Source: Spirochaetota bacterium (GTDB taxonomy: Bacteria; Spirochaetota; Spirochaetia; SZUA-6). Taken from it: DNA of 64,000 bases. The stretch lies in the NCBI GenBank assembly GCA_013151965.1, contig JAADHF010000131.1, forward strand, positions 46,409-110,408, given 5' to 3'. Position numbers and translations under genes: made by a program. The notes below the pieces were generated by a model. That model searched no databases, was not told the origin of the DNA, and saw only the letters and a list, made by a program, of their open reading frames with translations. Below are positions 1 through 9,787 of this stretch, in pieces (positions within the stretch are counted from its first letter, which is position 1; each line of letters opens with the position of its first letter).

Positions 1-146
1 AAAAATTGTGCAAGATGTTTGGAAGAAACATGCTCGTCACCCTGTCTTTCCATTTCCGCGAGTATTTGATGATACAGAGGTATCCTCCGCAATGTCTGCT
101 CGGGAATGGATTTTTCCGGTTGTTTATTACTATTATTACCTTCCAC
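1..146 (-). CDS. rex: Redox-sensing transcriptional repressor Rex, N-terminal part (runs off the window edge; absent from the ORF track)
   Basis: Manual translation from GTG at 146 gives VEGNNSNKQPEKSIPEQTLRRIPLYHQILAEMERQGDEHVSSKHLAQF, matching the Rex winged-helix start (IPxxTxxRLPxY...VSSxxLA). Confidence 0.85.
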   Translation of the reverse strand, partial: MEGNNSNKQPEKSIPEQTLRRIPLYHQILAEMERQGDEHVSSKHLAQF

Positions 147-154
147 GTTAATTA

Positions 155-183
155 AGGATAAGTTTTCGTGAAAGAAATGTCAA
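155..183 (-). promoter_or_regulatory. sigma70-type promoter of rex, overlapped by a degenerate Rex-box-like site
   Basis: Minus strand TTGACA (183-178), 17 nt, TATCCT (160-155), 8 nt before the GTG. TTGACATTTCTTTCACGA (183-166) partly matches TTGTGAA-N4-TTCACAA. Confidence 0.55.
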
Positions 184-186
184 TAT

Positions 187-1419
187 TTATTCTCCGACCC
201 GCTGTTTTTCTTCCATCTGTTTCTGAAGTTCAAGAGCTTTCTTCGCTGTCTCGATATTTTCCCGTGCCGGGAGATATTTCGGGTCAATTTCGAGAACCTG
301 TTCCCAGTATTTTATCGCCTCGGCATTATTGCCGTGTGCATAGGCTTCTATTCCGTTAAGATACAATTTGTCCGTTTTATCCTGCCTTGCAGCTCTTCCC
401 CTGTCCCCTAAGTTAAGCCTGGCTTCCACACTGAATTTGTCAAGCGGATTAAGTCTTCCGCTTAAATCGATATTATAATTGGTAACAAAACTAACGGAAT
501 CTAAATTTAACATGCTTCCGATACTGATACTCGGATTGTCCCCTTTAAAATGGAAGCCTCCCTGGACGGATAAAAAATCGGTAATATTTACATTTATTCC
601 GCCTGCTACGTTCCATTTTTCAGCGGGATAATCTGCAGGATCGAAACTTATGGGGTAGTTTAAATCAAAAGACATGATCAGAGGACGTATGGGAGAGTAT
701 GCTATTCCTGCTGTCGCTATGGTAGGAAGAGGTTCCGTCAGGACAAAGGGCCCCAGATTTTTAATTACAAGGCCTATAGAGAAGTTCTTTGATCTTGCGA
801 AGAAGAATTTGAGAAAATTTAAACGGGTAAGCAGACCTAAATCAGCCATAATACTGAATGCTGATTGTCCTGGATATATTGCAGCAGGGATGTTTCTATA
901 GGCTATTTTCAGGTTGGCACCGGCGGACAGGCCGTAGAAGTAATAGTTCGAAAAGAAATTATACGATACATTTAATGTTCCGACTGTTTCGGATATAGTG
1001 CCTTTGCCGGATCTTTCCGCCCAGTCATTGTATTCGGTAAAGGGCAGATAGAGAAATTTGCCTCCGAAACCAATCCCCAGATCGTTAATACGAACACTGT
1101 ACAGTACACCTTCCAGGTTCGAATCTGCAATCCAGCTGTGGTGAAGAAAGGCAAGTTCTGTATATTTGAGTGTAGAGCTGCCGGAAGGGTTGGATTCCAG
1201 GAATCCTAAATCATCTGCAACAGCGGCAAAGGCGGTACCCATTCCTTCATATTTCCCGCCAAGTGGTATTTCCAGAGTCGGAAAAACCGTAAGGCCTGTA
1301 TTGGAGTCGGCATTATTACTGAATAGATCTTGTAATTTATAGTATAAACTACTATCCTCTCCCATAAGGGGTGGTATTGCTGTTAAGAGAAAAATTATGA
1401 ATAGATAAATATTTTTCAT
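187..1419 (-). CDS. UPF0164 / PorV-FadL-like outer-membrane beta-barrel protein with C-terminal TPR
   Basis: Start moved to ATG 1419 (AGCAGGT upstream, signal peptide MKNIYLFIIFLLTAIPPLMG). Motif FPTLEIPLGGKYEGMGTAFAAVADD...NPSG, amphipathic strands, and TPR (EAIKYWEQVLEIDPKY). Confidence 0.8.
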   Translation of the reverse strand: MKNIYLFIIFLLTAIPPLMGEDSSLYYKLQDLFSNNADSNTGLTVFPTLEIPLGGKYEGMGTAFAAVADDLGFLESNPSGSSTLKYTELAFLHHSWIADSNLEGVLYSVRINDLGIGFGGKFLYLPFTEYNDWAERSGKGTISETVGTLNVSYNFFSNYYFYGLSAGANLKIAYRNIPAAIYPGQSAFSIMADLGLLTRLNFLKFFFARSKNFSIGLVIKNLGPFVLTEPLPTIATAGIAYSPIRPLIMSFDLNYPISFDPADYPAEKWNVAGGINVNITDFLSVQGGFHFKGDNPSISIGSMLNLDSVSFVTNYNIDLSGRLNPLDKFSVEARLNLGDRGRAARQDKTDKLYLNGIEAYAHGNNAEAIKYWEQVLEIDPKYLPARENIETAKKALELQKQMEEKQRVGE

Positions 1420-1596
1420 TACCTGCTTTAAATATACTACTAATGCATCTGCTTTTCTATGTTTCTCCCCAATTATTTTATCGGTTTTAATGATAGGATT
1501 TATCATACTAAATAGTGTAACCTCTGTTTTTTGTCGATAATAGTATAAAATAGTAGTCAGATGCAGTTGTGATAGGGATTATAAGGAGATTAAAAA

Positions 1597-4500
1597 CTGC
1601 TTAGAATAAACAGGATAACGATACTATTAATTATCCTTTCTGCTTCAGTGCTTTATCATGTTTCCGCAGGCGGTCAGAGAGAAAAACCCTTTGATGCCGT
1701 GGATAAACTGATGGCTGAGAAACAGTACAATGATGCCCTCTCGAAGTTAACCGAGATAGCCAGGCTGCATCCCGAGATGATGGATGAAGTGGAAAAGAGA
1801 ATCGGAGAGGTAAGAAGTATTTTAGATAACTATAACAGCAGATACGCTGAACTTATCAAGGTTCTGTTCGAACAGCACAATGTCGGAAAGGCTTTAAAAA
1901 TAATTAAAGAACTGGAGGATCTTAATCCTCATCCTAATATATCAACATTGGGGTCCCTGGTTAAAGCTAAAAGGGGAGCTGAAGTTGTATATAATCTTAA
2001 CCGCTTTGAAGAAATTATGAATAAAGGTCTTAAAGAACTTAAGGACGGGCTATACTTCGATGCTATGAAAACGTATATCCAGGGGTTTGCCCTTCACAGG
2101 GAAGAATTCCAGAAGGCATCTTACGGGAACATCGTAAAAAACTCCGTAGAAAAGGCTTTATCCGGACTTCGGAAAGCTGTTGATGATTTCATGAAATCAG
2201 GTCCCGAAATCGACAGGCAGTATACTTCTGCTGCACTGCTGGTTTCCGGCCGGGAACCTGATAAATTTTCCATGGAAGCCGGCAGACTTATTGCAGAATT
2301 AAGAAAAGTTGCCGTATTGAGAAACATAATATATAACTCCGCCCTGGTTTTTGATAATGAGAATAAATATATCAAAGAACATTCGGGTAAGAATCAGGAT
2401 GATTACTTCCTCTACTATGCATATTCGGTTACAACAGGTAGAAAAACCCGGACGGAAAGGGAAGGCATCCTTGCAGCTATAGAGATATACTGGGAAGAAA
2501 TGCTTGGAACTCTTACAGAAAAGGTTAAAGAAAGCGCCGCTCTGTTTTTGGCCAGAGGAAAGGATTCTTTTGACACAGCCGGATATACAGCCGCCGATAC
2601 CCAGTTTAAAAATGCGTATATATTTTATTATATTTATTCGGAACTTACAGCACTATGGGAAGCAAGAATATCAACAGGAAAGGACCTTTCCGTTGACCGG
2701 GGGAGCCTGAAAATCATCGAAGAAAAGCTGCCGGTCTATCTTTTTGCACAGGAAAAAATAAGAGAAACGGAAACGTACAGAAAGTTAGGTAAACTGCTGC
2801 TCTCCCTGCCTACAACAGGAAGAGTCGATACGGCATCCAAAGATATCATTCTCGCATCGAGAGAGAAATTATCGGAAATAAAGGGTGAACTTGCAAAGGA
2901 TAAGGAGCTCTGGAAAAGCTATGAGGGGTATTATAAAAACGTGGATAATCTTAAGTTCGATATGAATATTCACATCAGTGATGCATCTTCGATGATACAC
3001 CGTCTTGATACCATTCTATCCGAAGTAAAACAGGAGGATGTCCGGTTTGTAAATGCATACAATTTTATTCAATACAATGAACTTAAAGAGAAAGTTAAAA
3101 ATTACAGCTCGCAGTATAAAGACGCGAAGAAACTCAGCGATGGTTACGATATTATTGTGGAAACAATCAAGGATGAAAAGGGAAAAGAGGTTAACATAAC
3201 ACGTCATGTTCAATTTCCTTCATTGGCTTTGCAGCATTTTAATACTCTCGGCAGGAGTATAAATGAACTCCGGGGAGAAGGAGATAAATTCCTTAATTCG
3301 ATCATAGAGAATGAGGAGCTTAGGGTTAACGAAACCGAATATAAAAAATGGGTGGGGAATGGAACGGAAATAATGGATAATGTTGATTCTCTGCTGAAAG
3401 AACTTAACGGAGCTGTTTCGAAAGCAAAAGAACTTATTCTGCAGGCGGAGAGATATAAGAATGAAGGCATGCTTCGTCTTACACAGGCCCGCTCGGAACT
3501 TAAGGCCGAAAAATTCAGTAATGCCAAAGAGCATATCAAACTTTCCGGACGTGCATTCGAAACGTCTCTTACCTACGAAGAGAACGGTAAAATCAGGGAT
3601 ATACTGGATAAAACTCTGCCCGAACTCTCACGGGAAATCGTAAAGCAGGAGAATCTGTTTGTGGTCCGCGAAGTCCGGCGGTTTATTAATAAAGGGCGGA
3701 GATTTTACGGATTGGGAGACTTTGTTAATGCGGAGGCATCTTTTCTAAAGGCAAAGGCGAGATGGGCGGATACGAATCCGACAGAAAATAAAGAGATAAC
3801 GAACTGGCTTACCATTGTCAGGTCTGCTCTTTCTATTAAATCCGGGCGTGAAATATCGGACAATAATCCGCTCTATACGGAAATGACACAGCTTATAAAC
3901 CTGGCGACAGAAGATTTTTTAAGAGGAAAAGAACTTCTGTCAAAGGGCAGGAAGGTGGAAGCTTTAAAAAAACTGAAAAGCGCAACGGATAAACTCGAAC
4001 GTGTACGGCTTTCATTTCCATACAACCGTGAAGCAAGAGTATTGACATTAAAAATACAGGAATTGAGTGATCCTGAAAATTTTTCTACTTCACTGACCAA
4101 ATTTTATAATGATGCTGTTAAGAACTTCCGCACTAAACCACAGGAGGCGTATGCTGATCTTAAGGATATCGAAGAGATAAAGCCGGACTATCCGGGTTTA
4201 AAAAGATCTATATATAATCTCGAAATTACCCTTAAAATAAGAATACCTCCTCCGGATCCGAAAAAGATTGCAGAATCAAACAGGCTCTATGCGGCGGCAT
4301 ATCGGATAGTTATTAAAAACCAGGTGGATCTCTTCCCTTCGGCTCTTGCCCAGCTGAATAAGGCAATAGAATTGAATCCTGATAACCGCAAGGCAGCCGG
4401 CTTAAAGGATAGAATTCAGATTGCAGCAGGGGGCACGGTACAGGCGGTCCTTTCGAGTATTGCACAGGAACAGTATAAAATTGCAGAGGATAAGTATCTG

Positions 4501-4614
4501 GCCGGGAAATACTTCGAAGCGCTTGTTATCGTGGAAAGACTGCTCAAAAACAAGAGGAATCAGGGTTATCCTCCTCTTCTCGAATTAAAAAGGAGAATAA
4601 AAGCGAAGATCTGA
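1597..4614 (+). CDS. Large exported helical/TPR-like protein (probable CTG start at 1597; the ORF track starts at GTG 1648)
   Basis: AAGGAG at 1583-1588, in-frame TAA at 1591. CTG 1597 restores the signal peptide MLRINRITILLIILSASVLYHVSAGGQRE. TPR-like repeats (ALAQLNKAIELNPDN). Its stop overlaps the next start (TGATG). Confidence 0.75.
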   Translation: MLRINRITILLIILSASVLYHVSAGGQREKPFDAVDKLMAEKQYNDALSKLTEIARLHPEMMDEVEKRIGEVRSILDNYNSRYAELIKVLFEQHNVGKALKIIKELEDLNPHPNISTLGSLVKAKRGAEVVYNLNRFEEIMNKGLKELKDGLYFDAMKTYIQGFALHREEFQKASYGNIVKNSVEKALSGLRKAVDDFMKSGPEIDRQYTSAALLVSGREPDKFSMEAGRLIAELRKVAVLRNIIYNSALVFDNENKYIKEHSGKNQDDYFLYYAYSVTTGRKTRTEREGILAAIEIYWEEMLGTLTEKVKESAALFLARGKDSFDTAGYTAADTQFKNAYIFYYIYSELTALWEARISTGKDLSVDRGSLKIIEEKLPVYLFAQEKIRETETYRKLGKLLLSLPTTGRVDTASKDIILASREKLSEIKGELAKDKELWKSYEGYYKNVDNLKFDMNIHISDASSMIHRLDTILSEVKQEDVRFVNAYNFIQYNELKEKVKNYSSQYKDAKKLSDGYDIIVETIKDEKGKEVNITRHVQFPSLALQHFNTLGRSINELRGEGDKFLNSIIENEELRVNETEYKKWVGNGTEIMDNVDSLLKELNGAVSKAKELILQAERYKNEGMLRLTQARSELKAEKFSNAKEHIKLSGRAFETSLTYEENGKIRDILDKTLPELSREIVKQENLFVVREVRRFINKGRRFYGLGDFVNAEASFLKAKARWADTNPTENKEITNWLTIVRSALSIKSGREISDNNPLYTEMTQLINLATEDFLRGKELLSKGRKVEALKKLKSATDKLERVRLSFPYNREARVLTLKIQELSDPENFSTSLTKFYNDAVKNFRTKPQEAYADLKDIEEIKPDYPGLKRSIYNLEITLKIRIPPPDPKKIAESNRLYAAAYRIVIKNQVDLFPSALAQLNKAIELNPDNRKAAGLKDRIQIAAGGTVQAVLSSIAQEQYKIAEDKYLAGKYFEALVIVERLLKNKRNQGYPPLLELKRRIKAKI

Positions 4615-7600
4615 TGCGAAATATAAAAATATTATCTACCGTATCTGTTTTCCTCTTTTTATTAACAGCATTAAATGCACAGGATATCTACTGGGAATTG
4701 CCGAAAGCATTTGTTCCCTCCGAAGCAAGATTTCCGATTTCCGCATCAGGCGGAAAAACCGCCGCTGTTCTCTGGCATGAATTTATACCTTCTAAAAAAG
4801 GCGGAGGTAAAGTTTATCTGTCTATCAGTACCAGAACGGAGAAAAGATCATGGAAAAATCATCTGCGTTTTGCCGGACCTTTTGTTTATGAGAGGAACCA
4901 GGCGCCTATCAGTTCCCTGGCTGTAAACAGCAGGGGGGAGATTTATATTGCAGTTGCTGTTAATGAGAATATAACAAGAATATTTTATTCCGCAGACGGC
5001 GGTGAACATTTTAAAATTCTTGCCGATATACAGGCTGTCTCTGTTACGGTAGCTCCGAGATTATTTGTAAAGCGGGACGGCGGGCTTATCCTGTTTGTAA
5101 CACATGAAACCGCCGATTCTCTATCGATCTACTATTCGGTTTCTGCAAACGGCAGAAGCTGGACGAATTTCCAACCCTTTGTAAGAGAAGAAAAACTGTT
5201 TATAAACTTTTTGCCCTATCATGTATCCTTTAAGAACAATGAATATGTCGTGTTTCAATCCGTTACAACGCAAACAATTCGAAATTACCGGTACCAGCTT
5301 TACCTTAAAATCAGCAGGGACGGCGGGAAAACATGGAGCGGTGCGAAACTTCTCGAATTCAAAGAGCATAAGGACGGTAAATTACAGAAACAGGATCAAT
5401 TCTCCAATCAGAGGCCGAATCTAAAGGTTTTCGGAAACAGAATTCTTATGACATGGGAGCGCCAGTACAGGAACCAGCCTCCTCAGATTTATTTTGCAAA
5501 GCTGGATGAACAGGGAAATCTGGCAGGAGAACCGGAAAAGGTTACAGAGGGTTTAAATTCCTGCCATTTCCCGCAGATTATTATCTATAAAAACGAACCT
5601 TTTATTCTATGGTTCGATAACAGGCGGGGTGAAGATCATATTATAATTGCAGGCAAACGGGGATTTAGATGGGAGGATCGTGATATAAGCAGAATTCCCG
5701 GAGAATCGTCGTTCGGAAGGCCTGTGCTGTTAAATAATACCTTATATATATTCTGGGAGAATAAAAGAGGAAAACAGTACAGGGTTTTTTTCCTGGAACC
5801 GGACAAAACGGTTCTCCCGCCTAAAATTATTGCCGAGAATTTTAAACCGGGAAGTATCAGCAACAGAAGTGATTTACGCATAAGATGGATTCTGCCTAAG
5901 GATTCTTCCGGAATTGCCGGTATCGATTATTCATGGAATCCGGGAGCAGAACATCTGATTAAAGATGTATTAAAAATAACCTCCAATAAGAAACAGTCGA
6001 TTACTCTTTATGCGGATAAAGACGGACTGTGGACCTTTAGTATTTCCGCCATGGATTATGCGGGCAATTGGTCGAAGCCCGTATCTGTTTCCTTCATCAG
6101 AGATACTGTTCCGCCGTCTCCGGTAACCTTTGACAGCCTTAAGGTTGATGAAAATGGATTTTTAACGGCCAATACATTTAAAATCGGATGGAAGCCTCCG
6201 AAAAAAGATACTATCAAAGGTTATACATATGTGCTGCAGTACATTGGTTTAAAAGATGAAAATGTCAATCAGGCAAAAATAAAATTTTTATCTCCGCCTT
6301 CCCGCCTCATTACAAGGGAAACCGGTATTTCGTATCGTAATATCGATAATGGTGTATATGCTCTAATGGTATCGGCAATAGATTCCGCAGGAAATATAGG
6401 CAGACCGAATAAACTGATATTTAAACTGAATAAATATATTCCTGTTACATACATAACATATGTAAAAGCGAAAAAAGACGAATTCGATAATGTAAATATA
6501 TCGATAACAGGCAGAGGATTTGCAGAGGGAGGCCTTGTCAGCGAAGTTATACTGGACCGCGATGGGAAAAAACCATACGACTACACCTTTTTAAGATCCT
6601 CCGGGGCATTTAAGGTCGAGAATGACAGGCTTATCGATAAGCTGACTCTGTCTGATATAGAAGAAGGCCTGTACCGTATAGGAGTTATTCATCCCGAACG
6701 CGGACTCTATTTTACGGGCCGTGAATTAAAACTCGAGCCGCAGGGAACGGTTAAATTCGGTTATTTTAATTATAAATATAAATCTCCATGGACCGGGATA
6801 ACACGTATATTATATTTCATCACTTTAAACGAGGTTATTGTCTGGATAATAGTGTTCTTCCTCGCCGCATTAATTATAATTGCGTTTAGAAAATTAATCC
6901 TGATCTTTAATGAAGGGAAACTTCTCAAAAGAGAAATCGGTTTTATTCTATATGAACAGGCTATGCCTGGGAGAAAGGAAAAGAAGATGGCAGAACTCAA
7001 ACGAAAAGGGATGGGGTTACGGTTTAAATTCGTATCTTTGATTATGATTCTGGTTTTTCTCATAGTCCTCATAGTTGCGGTACCCCTCGGATATTATATG
7101 ATAGAAACTCAACGGAAGGATTTAACAACAGGGCTGACTCAGCGTGTCGAGGTTCTCTTAAACAGTCTGGATTCCGGAAGCGCTCCGTATCTGGTTCTAA
7201 AGGATAAGCTGGAACTTGCGAATCTGCCTGATCTTATAAAAGGAATGCCCGAGGCAAAATATGCAACGATAACGGATATGGATGATAAGGTCTGGGCGAC
7301 TAACGATCCGGATATTTCTTCCAGGGTAGAGGGCGGCGAGTACAGACAGTCGGAATCGGTCATTAAAGATGATATATCTCCTTTAGTGCCTGAGTTAGCT
7401 AAGAAAATTAACCGTGAAGCAAGGGATAAAATAACGGCTATTGTAACTGAGATCGACAAATTATCAACGGAAGCGAGGATTTATGCATTAAAGAATGATA
7501 CGGCTTCCAGGCAGAAACTGCTGCAGCTTCAGGATGCAATCGGAATACTCTCTGCAAAAGTTAACAGGGAGCTTCGAACAATAGGAGCAAGGATCAGCAG

Positions 7601-9128
7601 TACCCCGAAATTTAATCCGCAGCATTTAAAATCTTTTTATATCTTTTATAAACCGATTGTACTTCGTCAGCCCAGAGAGGATTTTTACTACCACGGTCTT
7701 GTAAGGCTGGCTATTTCCACGGAGAAGATAACCAATGAAATAATCAGTTCCAGAAATACCCTTGTTATTCAGACAGGAATAATTGCATTGATTGCCACTC
7801 TTTTAGGTATAATCGGAGCCATAATCCTTTCAAGTATTATAATCATGCCGATTAAGAAACTGGCACTGGGTGTGGCTGAAATAAGAGACACAGAGGATAA
7901 GGAGAAGCTTAAAACACACCATATAGACATAAAATCAGGTGATGAAATCGGTACATTAGCCGATACCGTTAATCAAATGACCCAGGCTCTTGTAAAGGCT
8001 GCAATAGCAAATAAGGATCTTATTATCGGCAAGGAAATCCAGAAAATGTTTATCCCCCTGGATAAGGATGAATCCGGCAGAAAAACCAGTACCGGAGGAG
8101 TAATAAGTGATACGGTAGAGATATTCGGTTATTATGAGGGGGCGAAAGGGGTATCCGGCGATTATTTCGATTTTACAAAGGTAGATGATAATCAATACGC
8201 AATCATAAAGTGTGATGTGGCGGGGAAGGGAGTTTCCGCTTCTCTCATAATGGTAGAGGTAGCAACTATCTTTTCCACATTCTTTAAGAGCTGGGATGGT
8301 AAAAACCCGGGCCAGAGTACCGTGGATCTGGTATATCTTATTAATGATATGCTGGAAGAACGCGGATTTAAAGGCAGGTTTGCAGCACTTACCGTTTGCA
8401 TTCTGAACAGTAAAACGGGAAACAGTTACTTCTGTAATGCAGGAGATAATATACTCCATATCTACGACGGTACGGAACGAAAGATGAAACAGCTTTTACT
8501 GCCGGAGGCTCCGGCAGCCGGTGTTTTCCCGTCCATGCTGGTAGAAGCACAGTCCAGTTTTAAGAAGATTATGAACCGGTTAAACAGCGGCGATATACTG
8601 TTTCTCTTTACAGACGGACTTGAAGAAGCAAAGAGGCATTTCAGAAATCAGCAGTTCTCTGTTTCCGTGTGTGATGAGCCGGGGCTTAAAGAAGGAGAAC
8701 TGCACGGCGGGACACATACAGCAGGAAGCGATAATGAAGAGTTCGGAATACCAAGAATACACGATATTATCAACTCGATGCTTAACCGCGGAAAATACAG
8801 GCTCTATAAATATCACAACCCGATAGCGGATGAAGAGCTGAGTTTTGATTTTACCGGATGTGAGGGTAATATAAGAGAAGCCGTATCGGCGCTTATTGCA
8901 ATAGAGAGAATATTCAGGATCTATCCTGATCCCGGTGCAGGAACAGGCGATAGAATTTCCATAGACAGGGGAATTAATGATTTTCTTATGGAGCATTTTG
9001 ATCAATACTCCTTATATTTTACTCACAGGGTAGAGGGAGACGAAAGGGATCAATACGTAACATTTTCGCACTTAAAGGAAGAAGAACAGTACGATGACCT
9101 GACGCTCCTTGCCGTTAAAAAAAAGTAG
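4614..9128 (+). CDS. Membrane sensor PP2C/SpoIIE-type phosphatase: BNR/Asp-box propeller + FN3/Ig-like domains + 3 TM + HAMP + SpoIIE
   Basis: Signal peptide; Asp-boxes YSADGGEHF, VSANGRSW, ISRDGGKTW; FN3-like segments (SAMDYAGNWS, SAIDSAGN); HAMP (PIKKLA...DEIGTLADTVNQM); PP2C motifs VSGDYFD, CDVAGKG, NAG, FTDG, DDLTLL. Confidence 0.85.
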   Translation: MRNIKILSTVSVFLFLLTALNAQDIYWELPKAFVPSEARFPISASGGKTAAVLWHEFIPSKKGGGKVYLSISTRTEKRSWKNHLRFAGPFVYERNQAPISSLAVNSRGEIYIAVAVNENITRIFYSADGGEHFKILADIQAVSVTVAPRLFVKRDGGLILFVTHETADSLSIYYSVSANGRSWTNFQPFVREEKLFINFLPYHVSFKNNEYVVFQSVTTQTIRNYRYQLYLKISRDGGKTWSGAKLLEFKEHKDGKLQKQDQFSNQRPNLKVFGNRILMTWERQYRNQPPQIYFAKLDEQGNLAGEPEKVTEGLNSCHFPQIIIYKNEPFILWFDNRRGEDHIIIAGKRGFRWEDRDISRIPGESSFGRPVLLNNTLYIFWENKRGKQYRVFFLEPDKTVLPPKIIAENFKPGSISNRSDLRIRWILPKDSSGIAGIDYSWNPGAEHLIKDVLKITSNKKQSITLYADKDGLWTFSISAMDYAGNWSKPVSVSFIRDTVPPSPVTFDSLKVDENGFLTANTFKIGWKPPKKDTIKGYTYVLQYIGLKDENVNQAKIKFLSPPSRLITRETGISYRNIDNGVYALMVSAIDSAGNIGRPNKLIFKLNKYIPVTYITYVKAKKDEFDNVNISITGRGFAEGGLVSEVILDRDGKKPYDYTFLRSSGAFKVENDRLIDKLTLSDIEEGLYRIGVIHPERGLYFTGRELKLEPQGTVKFGYFNYKYKSPWTGITRILYFITLNEVIVWIIVFFLAALIIIAFRKLILIFNEGKLLKREIGFILYEQAMPGRKEKKMAELKRKGMGLRFKFVSLIMILVFLIVLIVAVPLGYYMIETQRKDLTTGLTQRVEVLLNSLDSGSAPYLVLKDKLELANLPDLIKGMPEAKYATITDMDDKVWATNDPDISSRVEGGEYRQSESVIKDDISPLVPELAKKINREARDKITAIVTEIDKLSTEARIYALKNDTASRQKLLQLQDAIGILSAKVNRELRTIGARISSTPKFNPQHLKSFYIFYKPIVLRQPREDFYYHGLVRLAISTEKITNEIISSRNTLVIQTGIIALIATLLGIIGAIILSSIIIMPIKKLALGVAEIRDTEDKEKLKTHHIDIKSGDEIGTLADTVNQMTQALVKAAIANKDLIIGKEIQKMFIPLDKDESGRKTSTGGVISDTVEIFGYYEGAKGVSGDYFDFTKVDDNQYAIIKCDVAGKGVSASLIMVEVATIFSTFFKSWDGKNPGQSTVDLVYLINDMLEERGFKGRFAALTVCILNSKTGNSYFCNAGDNILHIYDGTERKMKQLLLPEAPAAGVFPSMLVEAQSSFKKIMNRLNSGDILFLFTDGLEEAKRHFRNQQFSVSVCDEPGLKEGELHGGTHTAGSDNEEFGIPRIHDIINSMLNRGKYRLYKYHNPIADEELSFDFTGCEGNIREAVSALIAIERIFRIYPDPGAGTGDRISIDRGINDFLMEHFDQYSLYFTHRVEGDERDQYVTFSHLKEEEQYDDLTLLAVKKK

Positions 9129-9179
9129 ACCGATGTTAAAAAATGTAAACCGGGATGGATCTTCAGGGAGTGATTAAAT

Positions 9180-9773
9180 ATGAAGAACGGTTATGACTGC
9201 ATTATATTGGCTGCCGGAGTGTCTGCAAGAATGGGTGCATGGAAACTGACAATGCCGTTTATGGACTCAACTATTGTTGAGCGTTCCGTAGGTAATGCGC
9301 TTAAAGCGTGCAGGCGGGTGATACTTGTCGGCGGCTACAGATTCGGCGAACTTAAAGATTTGTTTTCCGGATACAAAGATGTAGTGGTAGTGGAGAACAA
9401 ACTGTACAGAAGAGGGATGTTCTCATCCGTAAAGGCGGGCGTTCCTTTTGTGGAAACGGAACGGTTCTTTATTTCTCTCGGAGATATGCCGATGATAGCC
9501 CCTGAAGTCTACAGTTATCTTAATAATTTTACCGAAATCGATGTAGTGATACCCCAGTACAGGGGGAAAAAAGGGCACCCCGTATTCCTCTCTTTAAAAG
9601 TGATGAAGAGAATATTACAGTTTTCCGATGAAAGTACTATGCGGGATGTTCTTCAGGAATATTGCAATCTTCTTATACCTGTCGGGAATGAAAATATTTT
9701 ACACGATATCGATACTGCGGAAGAATATAAAACTTTTTTAGAAAAAATAGAGCATTCTACCGATATTGAATAG
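9180..9773 (+). CDS. MobA/MocA-like nucleotidyltransferase (NTP_transf_3)
   Basis: ILAAGVSARMG, GMFSSVKAG, LGDMP, GHPV, DIDT motifs. Confidence 0.8.
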   Translation: MKNGYDCIILAAGVSARMGAWKLTMPFMDSTIVERSVGNALKACRRVILVGGYRFGELKDLFSGYKDVVVVENKLYRRGMFSSVKAGVPFVETERFFISLGDMPMIAPEVYSYLNNFTEIDVVIPQYRGKKGHPVFLSLKVMKRILQFSDESTMRDVLQEYCNLLIPVGNENILHDIDTAEEYKTFLEKIEHSTDIE

Positions 9774-9787
9774 GGGTTTAAAGCAAG

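Noticed and set aside
1478-1540. Divergent sigma28-like -10 boxes (ACCGATAA on minus, GTCGATAA on plus)
   Set aside because: The nearest TAAA elements are 13 and 19 nt away rather than 15, too weak to call.
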